Shown: positions 8,275-18,353 of the stretch, one piece after another
How positions within the stretch are numbered: the stretch's first letter is position 1
How the letters are laid out: the number at the start of each line of letters is the position of its first letter
Source: an uncultured Candidatus Berkelbacteria bacterium
Lineage (GTDB): Bacteria > Patescibacteriota > UBA1384 > UBA12157
Assembly (NCBI GenBank): GCA_903877885.1
Contig: CAIRFN010000012.1
Span: 1-44,842 of the forward strand
DNA: 44,842 nt
Direction of reading: 5' to 3'
Notes under the pieces: generated by a model
Told to the model about the DNA's origin: nothing
Database searches by the model: none
What the model saw: the letters and a program-made list of their open reading frames with translations, nothing else
Program-made: the position numbers and the translations under genes

Positions 8275-10524
8275 CTAACTTCTTAGTTCTGCTTTAAATT
8301 CATCACTTACTTTTTGAATGATTTGTTTAAAAATAACATCGGCTTCGGCGTCGGACATAGCCCGATTTAATTCTTGTAAGTAAATATGGTAAGCCAAACT
8401 TTTTTTATTTTCGCCAAATTTGGCTGATGAAAATTCATCAAATAAATCGACGAGTAGAATATTGTCAGACACATTAAAAATCGCTTGTTTAATTTTGCAA
8501 GTTTCCACATTTTGATCAACGATGAAAGCTAGATCACGAACAACGGGTGGGTACTTAGAAACCTCTTTGTATTTTTGTTGGCTGGTAGCCTCTTGTAGCG
8601 GTTCGTTTTTCTTGATTAAATCAACTTTTTCTAAAACTTTTGATAAATCAACTTCGGCAATACAAGTCATTGGTTTTCTAATTTTATAACGGTCTAATTC
8701 ATCACGGCCTAATTCTAAAATTTCAATATCTAAATTTATATTTAACTTTTCGTTGATTTTGGAAATAGCATTAGTAAATTCATTCTTGGCATTTTTGCCA
8801 GACGCAGCTAGACCTAAATAAGTTTTTTCATCATCTTTAGTAAAGACATGGCCAATTTCAAAAATCATGACTGGATCAAACGACGGATTTTTAGCCACTG
8901 CTTTAAGTAGCGATGAAAACAAAGAACTTCGCAAAAATTTATTTTCTGGCCGAATTGGATTAGATACTTCTAGTAATTCGGCAGATGTTTGTCCGGTCAC
9001 TTTCAAATCTTGTTCGCTTAAAAAGGCATAACCAAATATTTCGGAAAAACCACAATCAACTAAAATATCTTTAATTAATTCTTTATAATAATAACCGGCG
9101 TTTTCGGGCTCGGCACTGGCTGGAATATCGGCTCGTGGAATTTTATCATAACCATAGATTCTGGCGACTTCCTCGGCCAAATCTTGCCACAAACTAATAT
9201 CGTGTCGCCACAAAGGCACCTGCGCCACGCTAGCTTCAATAATAAAACCAAGATTAACTAAAATCTGGTCGATTTCATCATTAACCAAGCCGAGGCCAGT
9301 CAAACCATTTATTTTATCATAATCAATCTTAATTTTAATTCTTTCTGTCGCTTCGCCAACCGAAACAACTTCCTTAATTTCACCACCAGCTAATTCGCTA
9401 ATCATTTTGGCAGCTTTGAGAGCATTTAAAACCACGCTACCGGAATCAATTTTTCGTTCAAAGCGGTAACTTGCTTCGGTCGACAAATTTATTTTTTTGG
9501 AAGTGGCTCGCACGCTGACAGCATCAAATTCAGCTGATTCTAAAATAATATTTTTCGTTGTATCATCAACTTGGCTATTTTCTCCGCCCATAATCCCGGC
9601 AATGGCAATCGGTTTTTGGTTATCAGCAATAACTAATGAGCCGGCTGGTAAAATATATTCTTTACTGTCTAAACCAATGATTTTTTCATTTTCACTTGAC
9701 TCACGAACAACGATTGACTTGTCGTTAATTTTGGCCGCGTCAAAGGCATGCATTGGCTGACCACAATCAAACATAATGTAGTTGGTAATATCGACAATAT
9801 TATTAATTGGCTTAACCCCAACCGCTAACAATCTTTTTTGTAACCACTCTGGCGACGGTTCGATTTTAATATTCTCAATCAAAATGCCAGTGTATTGTGG
9901 ACACAATTTTTCAGCTTCAATTTTTACCGAAAACAAATCTTTATTTTTCGGCATGAAAAATTCTTGTTGTTTAATATCGGTAATATTTTTGTTTTGTAAG
10001 GCCGCAATTTCGTGAGCTACGCCCAAATGAGAAAGTTCATCACCACGATTAGCAGTAGTTTCTAACTCAAAAACAGTATCAAGATCAATATATTTCGCTA
10101 GAGGCTGGCCAATCTCGTAAGTTTCATCGAGAATTTTAATACCAGCGTGCTCATCGGAAAGACCTAATTCGCGATCAGAGCACATCATACCAAAACTTTC
10201 GACACCACGAATTTCCGCTTTTTTAATTTCAAAATCAGCAAATTTAGTACCGATTTGGGCTAGCGGTACGATTTGCCCGACAACAATATTTGGCGCGCCA
10301 CAAACAATTTGCAAAGTTTCGCTTCCGGTAAAAACTTGGGCAATTTGTAGCTTATCCGCGTTTGGGTGCTTTGCGATTTCTTTAATTTGAGCGACAATGA
10401 TTTTTTCATCAAGCTTGGAATATGATTCCACGGCTGTGCCCGACAAACTTAAAAGATCAGCTAATTTATCGCTTTCCAAATCAAAATCAATATGTTCTTT
10501 CAACCAACTTTTTAAAACTAGCAT
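8275..10524 (-). CDS. pheT: Phenylalanyl-tRNA synthetase beta subunit
   Basis: HPNADKL OB domain, NRGD, INNIVDITNY, DLAEEVARIYGYD, C-terminal RDLAF anticodon-binding domain. Confidence 0.97.
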   Translation of the reverse strand: MLVLKSWLKEHIDFDLESDKLADLLSLSGTAVESYSKLDEKIIVAQIKEIAKHPNADKLQIAQVFTGSETLQIVCGAPNIVVGQIVPLAQIGTKFADFEIKKAEIRGVESFGMMCSDRELGLSDEHAGIKILDETYEIGQPLAKYIDLDTVFELETTANRGDELSHLGVAHEIAALQNKNITDIKQQEFFMPKNKDLFSVKIEAEKLCPQYTGILIENIKIEPSPEWLQKRLLAVGVKPINNIVDITNYIMFDCGQPMHAFDAAKINDKSIVVRESSENEKIIGLDSKEYILPAGSLVIADNQKPIAIAGIMGGENSQVDDTTKNIILESAEFDAVSVRATSKKINLSTEASYRFERKIDSGSVVLNALKAAKMISELAGGEIKEVVSVGEATERIKIKIDYDKINGLTGLGLVNDEIDQILVNLGFIIEASVAQVPLWRHDISLWQDLAEEVARIYGYDKIPRADIPASAEPENAGYYYKELIKDILVDCGFSEIFGYAFLSEQDLKVTGQTSAELLEVSNPIRPENKFLRSSLFSSLLKAVAKNPSFDPVMIFEIGHVFTKDDEKTYLGLAASGKNAKNEFTNAISKINEKLNINLDIEILELGRDELDRYKIRKPMTCIAEVDLSKVLEKVDLIKKNEPLQEATSQQKYKEVSKYPPVVRDLAFIVDQNVETCKIKQAIFNVSDNILLVDLFDEFSSAKFGENKKSLAYHIYLQELNRAMSDAEADVIFKQIIQKVSDEFKAELRS

Positions 10525-11213
10525 TTGTCACCCCCGAATTGTTTTAAGAATCGTAAATCGCCGGATCTAAACCAGCGAATGTCTTGAATACCATATTGGA
10601 CCATAATCGGTCGTTCGACACCAGGACCAAAAGCAAAACCAGAATAAACATTTGGGTCTAATCCCATATTTTCTAAAACTTTTGGATGAACCATACCAGC
10701 GCCGCCGAGCTCGAACCATTTGCCTTTAAACTTAACATGAAACTCCACACTTGGTTCGGTAAAAGGAAAATAACTTGGTTGAAATCTTAACTTCACATTT
10801 TCACCATAAGTATATTTGTAAAAATCTTCCAAAATCTTAAACAGCATGCCCATAGTCACGCCTTTATCGATATACAGACCTTCTAATTGCATAAAGGTTG
10901 TTTCGTGGCCAGAATCAGTTGATTCATTGCGATAACAAACCCCAGGAGAAACAACTTTAATCGGCGGCTGGTGCATTTTGCCATAACGAACTTGAGCATT
11001 GGAGGTTTGCGTTCTAAGAACCCGCCCATCAGTTAACCAAAATGTATCTTGAGTGTCTCTGGCCGGATGATCTTTGGCCACGTTTAAGGAATCGAAATTA
11101 TACCATTCAGTATCGACTTCCGGACCTTCAAAAACTTCAAAACCCAGTTTTTCAAAAAAACTGACAGCTTTTCTAATTGTTTGGGTCACAGGGTGCAATG
11201 TTCCTTTAATCAT
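10518..11213 (-). CDS. pheS: Phenylalanyl-tRNA synthetase alpha subunit (catalytic domain only)
   Basis: HPARDTQDTF, LRTQTS, YFPFTEPS, GAGMVHP, GFAFGPGVER. Confidence 0.97.
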   Translation of the reverse strand: MIKGTLHPVTQTIRKAVSFFEKLGFEVFEGPEVDTEWYNFDSLNVAKDHPARDTQDTFWLTDGRVLRTQTSNAQVRYGKMHQPPIKVVSPGVCYRNESTDSGHETTFMQLEGLYIDKGVTMGMLFKILEDFYKYTYGENVKLRFQPSYFPFTEPSVEFHVKFKGKWFELGGAGMVHPKVLENMGLDPNVYSGFAFGPGVERPIMVQYGIQDIRWFRSGDLRFLKQFGGDKC

Positions 11214-11581
11214 TTGCGGCTCCTAAAAAATAATTCGAATAAAATGGTGGCAAAAATTATCATCCCGGCAATCCACCAATTTAAAACTTTAATTTGTTCA
11301 AAAAATAAAAATATGGTTAAAACGAAACTTGCAAAACCAGCTTGGCGAAGCGACGGACCAATATGGGAAAAAATCACTTCGCGATTACTGGCCCAAACCT
11401 TTAAGTAATATCCAGCCAGGGCAAAAATCGCCGTCCAAATCATAAAAAAGGTTAAGTAAAACAAAAAAATAATCCAGGCTGGCGCTTGTAGCGGATTAAC
11501 GCCAAACAAGAGCAGAAACCAAAGAAAGCTGGCCAGAATTAAAGTGGTAAAAAGCCCAAAAATGTAAAGCTTAAGTGCCAC
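11210..11581 (-). CDS. Membrane protein (about 4 TM helices)
   Basis: Hydrophobic ORF coupled between rbfA and pheS; likely GTG start at 11581 after GGAGG. Confidence 0.75.
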   Translation of the reverse strand: MALKLYIFGLFTTLILASFLWFLLLFGVNPLQAPAWIIFLFYLTFFMIWTAIFALAGYYLKVWASNREVIFSHIGPSLRQAGFASFVLTIFLFFEQIKVLNWWIAGMIIFATILFELFFRSRK

Positions 11582-11909
11582 GATTAATTTCCTCCAAAAG
11601 CTCTTCGACGCGATCGATTTCATGTCGGGCGCGATCAAATTCAAAGCTTAATTTTGGTGTATTTCTAAGTTCCAATTTTTTTCCCACCACTTTTTGAAAA
11701 TTATTCGTTTTATTTTTGAGTTCAATTAAAATATCTTTTTCATAATTATCCAAAATAGCCGTAATAAAAACCTTGGCAGTTCGCAAATCCGGCGCCACCA
11801 TTGTTCTGGTCACTGTAATGATACCAAACTTTTCCGGCAATTCTGTTTGAATCAACCGGGCCATTTCCTCCCGCAATAGTTCTTCTACCTTTGATGTTCT
11901 TCTTGACAT
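11571..11909 (-). CDS. rbfA: Ribosome-binding factor A
   Basis: ITVT...PDLRTAKVF, LRNTPKLSFEFD. Confidence 0.95.
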   Translation of the reverse strand: MSRRTSKVEELLREEMARLIQTELPEKFGIITVTRTMVAPDLRTAKVFITAILDNYEKDILIELKNKTNNFQKVVGKKLELRNTPKLSFEFDRARHEIDRVEELLEEINRGT

Positions 11910-11963
11910 ACATTAAATATACCATAATTTTGCCTATAAGGCAAAATTTCCGCATCCGGAGGT

Positions 11964-12371
11964 TTAGCGAGAATTATCTGGCTTAAACTTTAGCGCAATA
12001 GAATTAATGCAATATCTTTTGTGAGTCGACGGCGGACCATCATCGAAAACGTGGCCCAAATGCGACTCGCAGCGGGCGCAAACAACTTCAGTTCGATCCA
12101 TTCCGAGCGAATTATCAGAACGCTCTTCAATATTTTCAGCGTTGATTGGCTGGAAATAACTGGGCCAGCCCGTGCCAGACTCGAATTTAGTCCTCGCATC
12201 AAAAAGTGCTAAATCGCAAGCCGCACAATGGTAAATTCCTCCTTCTTTTTGTGCCAAACTCGCCCCGCAAGTAAAAGGTGCTTCTGTATCTTTTTGTCGC
12301 ATCACTTTAAATTGCTCTGGTGTTAAAATTTTTTGCCATTCTTCTTCTGTTTTTAAAATTTTTGTAATCAT
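11964..12371 (-). CDS. msrB: Peptide-methionine (R)-S-oxide reductase
   Basis: KFESGTGWPS, HLGHVFDDGP, RYCINS. Confidence 0.97.
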   Translation of the reverse strand: MITKILKTEEEWQKILTPEQFKVMRQKDTEAPFTCGASLAQKEGGIYHCAACDLALFDARTKFESGTGWPSYFQPINAENIEERSDNSLGMDRTEVVCARCESHLGHVFDDGPPSTHKRYCINSIALKFKPDNSR

Positions 12372-12907
12372 GATTTTAATAAAGATTTAAATTTCTCTTT
12401 TAATTTATTTATTTTGGGATCGATAATCATTTGACAGTAGGGCGCGCCACGATGATTTTGAAAATATTTTTCGTGATAGTCTTCGGCTACATAAAATTTT
12501 TCTAAAGGTTTCAATTCGGTTACAACCTTAATCCCCTCTTTTTTTAAATTTTCTATAAACATTTCGGCCGTTTTTCTTTGTTCGTCAGTAGTATACAAAA
12601 TAATTGAGCGGTATTGAGTCCCGACATCCGCACCCTGGCTATTTAAAGTTGACGGATCGTGCATCGAAAAAAAGACGGACAATAGCTCGGAAAAAGAAAT
12701 GGTGTTTGGATCAAAAATGACTTTAGCCACTTCGGCATGACCGGTTTTTCCACCACAAACTTCGTCATAGGTTGGATTTTCTTTTGTACCACCAGCATAG
12801 CCAGAAATGACTTTATCCACACCCTTTAACTGATTAAAGCTTGCCTCTGTACACCAAAAACATCCGCCGCCCAAAACCACAGTTTCCATTTTCGTTTGAC
12901 TATCCAT
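12368..12907 (-). CDS. msrA: Peptide-methionine (S)-S-oxide reductase
   Basis: GGCFWC, GHAE, QGADVGTQYRS, AEDYH. Confidence 0.97.
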   Translation of the reverse strand: MDSQTKMETVVLGGGCFWCTEASFNQLKGVDKVISGYAGGTKENPTYDEVCGGKTGHAEVAKVIFDPNTISFSELLSVFFSMHDPSTLNSQGADVGTQYRSIILYTTDEQRKTAEMFIENLKKEGIKVVTELKPLEKFYVAEDYHEKYFQNHRGAPYCQMIIDPKINKLKEKFKSLLKS

Positions 12908-12943
12908 ATGCCTCCTTTCTTTAATTACATTTATTGTTAATTA

Positions 12944-13747
12944 TTATTTACCCAATATTCTCAAAAATTGTGCACCGGCGGTTTGCCACCATGGCGCACT
13001 ATAACGTGGACGCGGTTGACTTGTCGTCACCGCTTTAACTATTTGTTTTACTATTGAAACAGTACTTTTTCTTTCAAGCAACGCGAAATTTGCTTCTTCA
13101 TTTTTCTTAATCTGAACTATATTTTTAGAAAAATATGAAGAATCATTCATCCAGCTGTATTTTGTAGCCATCACTTTCTGATTAAAACCGGTATGATATG
13201 ATCCAGGCTCAATCGTAACGACATGAACATTTTTTGTAATCATTTTCAGCTCTTGTCGCATTACATCGGCGGCAGCCGATAAAGAAAATTTAGTCATACA
13301 GTATGATCCCCAAAATGCCAGTGGCAAACGTCCCGCCAAAGAACTTATGATGATAACTTTGCCAGAGTCCTTTTTCATCATTCCTTTTAGGGCAAGTTGA
13401 GAAAGTTCTAAAGTACCAAAAACATTTGTTTCGAAATTTTTTCTGACTCGCTCCATTGGTATTTCAGTCAGAGAACCCGATTCACCAATTCCGGCATTAT
13501 TTATCAAAATATCGATATCCAGATCGAGAACTTTTTTCCGATCCTCGGGATCGGTGATATCGAGTTTAAAGACCTCTAATGAAATTGCTTTTTCTTTAGA
13601 ATACGCCTTTAGCTCTTCAACTGATTCCTTGCGATGAACTGTGGCAAAAACATGGTAACCAAGATTAGCTAAGGCAATTGCTGTATCTCGACCTATCCCG
13701 CCACGACAACCAGTAATTAGGACATTTTCAACCGTTTTATTTTCCAT
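12944..13747 (-). CDS. Short-chain dehydrogenase/reductase
   Basis: TGCRGGIG, NNAG, YCMTK (YxxxK); start placed at ATG after GAGGGG. Confidence 0.93.
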   Translation of the reverse strand: MENKTVENVLITGCRGGIGRDTAIALANLGYHVFATVHRKESVEELKAYSKEKAISLEVFKLDITDPEDRKKVLDLDIDILINNAGIGESGSLTEIPMERVRKNFETNVFGTLELSQLALKGMMKKDSGKVIIISSLAGRLPLAFWGSYCMTKFSLSAAADVMRQELKMITKNVHVVTIEPGSYHTGFNQKVMATKYSWMNDSSYFSKNIVQIKKNEEANFALLERKSTVSIVKQIVKAVTTSQPRPRYSAPWWQTAGAQFLRILGK

Positions 13748-13826
13748 TTTCCCCTCCATTATTTTGCTGTTCATTCTTAATTCTGCGCTGAATTTTTAGT
13801 AGAGTCAAGGGAAAAATACATTTATT

Positions 13827-13864
13827 CACCACGGCCCACTTCGGAAGTGGGATTTAAAGGTTAA
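13827..13864. repeat. Palindromic repeat family C (CCCACTTCGGAAGTGGG), single arm
   Basis: Palindrome at 13835..13851; same family as 36143..36244 and 43378..43479. Confidence 0.85.
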
Positions 13865-13914
13865 AAAAATAGAAAATGCCTAATCTTAGTTCTAAAGAGA
13901 ACCATCCCCTATTT

Positions 13915-14178
13915 CTAATTTGTACTGAAATTTTGCAAAAGAGTACTATACATCATTGTATCTTCAGCCGAACGTTGCTCTTTAATTTCAATTTGATCAA
14001 TAGACTTAAAAATACTTTCGATGTGTCGTGGATATATGTTCGATATTTCCAGTTTTCTTTTTTTAGCCTCTTTGAGAAACATTTCCGCCATAGGAAAAGA
14101 TTCATTATAAATCGCTAACGATACTCGTTTTAGATCCATAGCCATCGATTGAATTGCATACTTTTCTAATGCGGTCAT
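13915..14178 (-). CDS. Hypothetical helical protein coupled to the DUF5674-like gene
   Basis: ATGA overlap with upstream ORF; 87 aa. Confidence 0.75.
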   Translation of the reverse strand: MTALEKYAIQSMAMDLKRVSLAIYNESFPMAEMFLKEAKKRKLEISNIYPRHIESIFKSIDQIEIKEQRSAEDTMMYSTLLQNFSTN

Positions 14179-14513
14179 AGTAGTTCCTTGAAAAACTTTT
14201 GAGTTAATTTTTCGTATATTTCTCTGATTTTTGAATCCTGAATTTCATTACTTCGATTATTCTGCTTCGGTCTTATATTAATAAATGAATTATAATCAAT
14301 GATTTTACTGCTTACATCAATACCACCGCCCCACAAATTTTCTTGCTTTGATCCATTTTTCAACAGTAATTGTTCGCAATCAAAATGACGATCGCAACCG
14401 GCGCAGCAAATTCCTTTTTCAACATCAAAAACAGTTTTAATATAAAACTCAAATTGTTCCTTCAGCTTTTCAATTTCTTCTTTTGAATAAATGTCTTCTT
14501 TAATAATAATCAT
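14175..14513 (-). CDS. DUF5674-like protein
   Basis: H.DCEQLLL..GSKQENLWG, SFINIRPKQNNRS.EIQD recalled family motifs. Confidence 0.75.
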   Translation of the reverse strand: MIIIKEDIYSKEEIEKLKEQFEFYIKTVFDVEKGICCAGCDRHFDCEQLLLKNGSKQENLWGGGIDVSSKIIDYNSFINIRPKQNNRSNEIQDSKIREIYEKLTQKFFKELL

Positions 14514-14559
14514 AATATTATTTTAACACTGTTTTAACCATAATAGCTAGTAGTAATAT

Positions 14560-15084
14560 TTATTTAATGATGCCGTAGAGGTTGGTGACGGGGTCGAGGA
14601 AAAGGAAATTTTGGATTGGGAAATAGGTAAAGAGTGAGAATTTGAGTAAGATGATGATAATTAAAACTGTGGATAACTTTTCTAAGTTATAGTCCTTGGA
14701 GCTTTTTTCAATTTGGTAACTAAAAACATGACCTAAAATTACAGCTAGCCAGAAAATAGAAATATCGTAAATTAAACTATCAGAAAAGAAAAGTTGATGA
14801 GCATAAAACAAAACAATGATTAAAATTGGCATGGAAACAAATTTAACCATCTGGGCCAAGCAAAAATTTTTAGGTTTCATTTTGACAACAAAATACGCAA
14901 TCAGCGCAAAAATAAACGCCGGCCAAAATGCCAGTTTCAAATGTTCCCAAGTGCTTTCGTTAACCGCAGCAATCAGAGCCATTGGACGCCAATTTCCCGA
15001 CCAAGCATAGGCAAAATGCAACATCGAACCAAAACCAATCGTGCCAATGGCACTCAAGATTTCAAATGTCTTAATTTTTTTCAT
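14560..15084 (-). CDS. Membrane protein, DUF6512-like
   Basis: LHFAY, VNESTWEHLKL motif; several TM helices. Confidence 0.75.
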   Translation of the reverse strand: MKKIKTFEILSAIGTIGFGSMLHFAYAWSGNWRPMALIAAVNESTWEHLKLAFWPAFIFALIAYFVVKMKPKNFCLAQMVKFVSMPILIIVLFYAHQLFFSDSLIYDISIFWLAVILGHVFSYQIEKSSKDYNLEKLSTVLIIIILLKFSLFTYFPIQNFLFLDPVTNLYGIIK

Positions 15085-15097
15085 TTATTCCCTCTCT

Positions 15098-15526
15098 TTA
15101 TTTTTCAAATAACTTAAAATAAGGTAACTTATCAAGACCAATATAATTAAACATTTTATAATTTGCGCGCCTTGCTTCCGGAGATAAAATTTTTTTCTTC
15201 AAATTATCCTTAGGAATAAAAGGATAGAATCTGATTTCTTGTTTTTGACTATCTTTTTCTTCCCAAATAAAGTTTGTAATCAACGGCGGTACCGTATAAC
15301 CAGATTTTAGAACCTTTTCCATTATATCCCAGCCGGCACCAAAAATTTCTTTTTTGGGCTTAGATTTGTTTGTTTTAACTTGCGCCCTAAACGAACAGCC
15401 AGTGCATTGCAAATCAAACAAAGGATAATTTGGTGGCAAAATCATAAGTTTTTTACCGCAATTTGGACAAGTCACTTTTTCACAAACATCCAATTCGCCA
15501 GCATCGCCATTAATTTTGTTATTCAT
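15098..15526 (-). CDS. DpnI/Dam-replacing-like Zn-finger PD-(D/E)xK nuclease domain protein
   Basis: CPNCG...P.FD..CTGC...QVK, then GAGW; RRANY..F C-terminal motif. Confidence 0.6.
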   Translation of the reverse strand: MNNKINGDAGELDVCEKVTCPNCGKKLMILPPNYPLFDLQCTGCSFRAQVKTNKSKPKKEIFGAGWDIMEKVLKSGYTVPPLITNFIWEEKDSQKQEIRFYPFIPKDNLKKKILSPEARRANYKMFNYIGLDKLPYFKLFEK

Positions 15527-15543
15527 ATTTACCTAAAATCTAT

Positions 15544-18339
15544 TTACCACTCAAAAACATCAACAATCTTTTCGATCACGCCCTTAATACGACTGATGAT
15601 TCCGTGACGTTCTCTAATAGGCGGCACACTCGGCAACATATCGGCGACATCTTGTTCACTTGGCATTTTTTGCGAATACAAATATTCGCCAATCAGCCCT
15701 TCAATTTTTTCAACAGAAATACTTTCTTTTTCGGCTAAATCTTTCAAAACATTTGATCGCTCGCTAGCCCAATATTCGGCAAACGCTTTTTCGACATCAT
15801 CGACCTTGCTCACATTTGGTAAATTTTGCTCGATAAACTTTTTGATCAAATCTTTTTTCTTGCGTAACTGAACATCGCGATCGAACAATCGAAGAATGTC
15901 CTCAGTCTTTCTTTCGCGTATTGAGTCAGAAGTAATATTTTTAAGACCAGCAATTAAAAGAATAATGTAATCAAAATTAATTACATCTCGAATCGTTAAT
16001 TCCAACTCGAAATCGATCTGATCCAATATTGATTCAGGCCCATTTCCGGGATTCTTTCGTTCCTCATAAATATCTAAATATTTACTTTGATAGTCATAAA
16101 ATTCTTGTTCGGAAATTCCTAGTTCATTAAACGAAAATTCAGCGAAAGTCTCCAGTGACGACTTAATACGTAATAAATCTCGAAATGTTTTGACAAACGA
16201 AGCCTTTTCTTCCTCACCCTGCAAAGAGTCAACGGAACTAACAGTTGGTACTTTTTCTTTAAGTTCAATTATTTTCTTCTCAAATTCTTGTTTTTGCTCT
16301 TCATACGGTTTTTTGAAAACAATTTCTTTAGCATTTTCATCACCAAACAAAGCCAGTGCTGTATCAGTCGCTTTTTTTAGATTTCTAAATGAAATAATAT
16401 TGCCATGCGGTTTGTCAGAATCCAATAATCGATTTGTTCTTGAATATGCTTGAACCAAGCCGTGATAGCGCAAATTTTTATCAATATACAAAGTGTTAAG
16501 TCGCGGACTATCAAACCCAGTTAAAAACATATTTACCACCAAGACCAAATCAACTTCTTTGTTCTTGATTCTTTTTTGTAAATCACGGTAATAGTCATAG
16601 AAACGATCGGTCGAATAATTAGTAGAATATGTTTGATTATATTCTTTAATACAATCATCTAAAAAGTCACGCGAGTGTTGATTCCCGGCCGTTCCTTCGC
16701 CGGCAAATATATCAATATCTAAATCAACACTATCATCTTCGTTAGCTTGATAAGTAAAGATTGTAGCAACTTTAAAATCTTCTGCTTTTTTAGCCTTGAA
16801 CAAACTATAATACTTTTTCAAAACATCGATATTGGAAACTGCAAAAAAAGCGTTAAACTTTCCGTTTTTCGTTTTTCTTTTCCAATCAGCCAAAATATAA
16901 TCGGTGATTTTATTTAGTCGATCATCACTTTCAAGCACTTCTCTTGAATCGATCCCGTCAACCAGTGCATCGGCAAAAATATCTTTTTCAATCGTATCGC
17001 TTTCTTTTTGCTTATACTTACCAACATACTCAACTGCAAAACCAAGCACATTATTGTCGGAAATCGCATTAGTAATAATATATTTATGAAGACAATCATG
17101 AAATACATCTTTAGTGGTCACTCCGCCAACATTATTTTCGGCAAAAATTGGCGTACCAGTAAAACCAAAAAGTTGCGCTTTTTTAAAAAATGCTTTGATC
17201 CGAGCGTGAGTCTGGCCGAATTGACTACGGTGGCACTCGTCAAAAATAATCACCACTTTTTCGTCAGTTAAATATTGCAACCCTTTCAAATATTGATCAC
17301 GACCAATGGCGATATCCAATTTCTGAATGGTTGTGACGATCAACTTCCGATTTTTATCTTCCAGTTGCGCTACCAAATTACGAGTATTGTCAGTGCCGTC
17401 TACAGAGCCATCAGAAAAAGAATTGAATTCTTTGGTCGTTTGGATATCTAAATCCTTACGGTCAACAACAAACAAGACTTTTTTGATTTCGGCAATGCGA
17501 GACAGAACCTGGCTAGTTTTGTACGAAGTCAAAGTTTTACCAGATCCAGTCGTGTGCCAAATATAACCGTTTTTGTCTGACTCTTTGACTCGTTTTTCAA
17601 TCGCTTTGACCGCATAGTACTGATAAGGCCGCAAAATCATTGGAATTTTCAGTGATTCCGCTAGAACAATATATTCGCCAATCATTTTGGAAACGGTGCA
17701 CTTTTCCAGAAATGCAGCCGTAAATTCGTCTAGTTTAGTAATTTTATTATTCTGTTCATCCGTCCAATAAAAAGTTTGTTCAAAAGATTGATTTGGATTG
17801 TTGGAAAAATACTTAGTATTGACCCCGTTGGAAATCACAAAAATCTGGACATATTCAAATAAAGTCACTGTAAACGAATGTTTATGATACCGTTGGATTT
17901 GGTTAAAAGCTTCTTTCATCTCCATACCACGGCGTTTAAGTTCAACCTGCACCAAAGGCAAACCATTAACCAAAAGTGTCACATCATAGCGATTTTCATA
18001 TCGCCCCATTTGAGTCACCTGATGCGTCACTTGATACTCATTCTTGCACCATTGATCCATATTAAAGAATCGGACGTAAATTTTAGTGTCGTCATCGCGA
18101 GCGAGGGCAAAGCGATCTCTTAAGGTTTTAGCCTTCTGAAACCGATCGCCTTTATTTAGATGGTTTAATATGCGAGAAAATTCGGCATCAGAAAAAGTAG
18201 TCTGATTAAACTTTTCCAGCTGTGTTTTTAAATTCGCAATCAATGCCGCAGTATCAGCCAGTATCACCGGCGCAAACCCCAGCCGCTTTAATTGCACCAT
18301 TAGGGTTTCTTCAAGTTGTAGTTCTGTTTGTGTTGTCAT
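15544..18339 (-). CDS. hsdR: Type I restriction endonuclease subunit R
   Basis: RYDV...QVELK nuclease, [34 protein letters not shown]. Confidence 0.97.
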   Translation of the reverse strand: MTTQTELQLEETLMVQLKRLGFAPVILADTAALIANLKTQLEKFNQTTFSDAEFSRILNHLNKGDRFQKAKTLRDRFALARDDDTKIYVRFFNMDQWCKNEYQVTHQVTQMGRYENRYDVTLLVNGLPLVQVELKRRGMEMKEAFNQIQRYHKHSFTVTLFEYVQIFVISNGVNTKYFSNNPNQSFEQTFYWTDEQNNKITKLDEFTAAFLEKCTVSKMIGEYIVLAESLKIPMILRPYQYYAVKAIEKRVKESDKNGYIWHTTGSGKTLTSYKTSQVLSRIAEIKKVLFVVDRKDLDIQTTKEFNSFSDGSVDGTDNTRNLVAQLEDKNRKLIVTTIQKLDIAIGRDQYLKGLQYLTDEKVVIIFDECHRSQFGQTHARIKAFFKKAQLFGFTGTPIFAENNVGGVTTKDVFHDCLHKYIITNAISDNNVLGFAVEYVGKYKQKESDTIEKDIFADALVDGIDSREVLESDDRLNKITDYILADWKRKTKNGKFNAFFAVSNIDVLKKYYSLFKAKKAEDFKVATIFTYQANEDDSVDLDIDIFAGEGTAGNQHSRDFLDDCIKEYNQTYSTNYSTDRFYDYYRDLQKRIKNKEVDLVLVVNMFLTGFDSPRLNTLYIDKNLRYHGLVQAYSRTNRLLDSDKPHGNIISFRNLKKATDTALALFGDENAKEIVFKKPYEEQKQEFEKKIIELKEKVPTVSSVDSLQGEEEKASFVKTFRDLLRIKSSLETFAEFSFNELGISEQEFYDYQSKYLDIYEERKNPGNGPESILDQIDFELELTIRDVINFDYIILLIAGLKNITSDSIRERKTEDILRLFDRDVQLRKKKDLIKKFIEQNLPNVSKVDDVEKAFAEYWASERSNVLKDLAEKESISVEKIEGLIGEYLYSQKMPSEQDVADMLPSVPPIRERHGIISRIKGVIEKIVDVFEW

Positions 18340-18353
18340 TTTGTGACCCTGTT

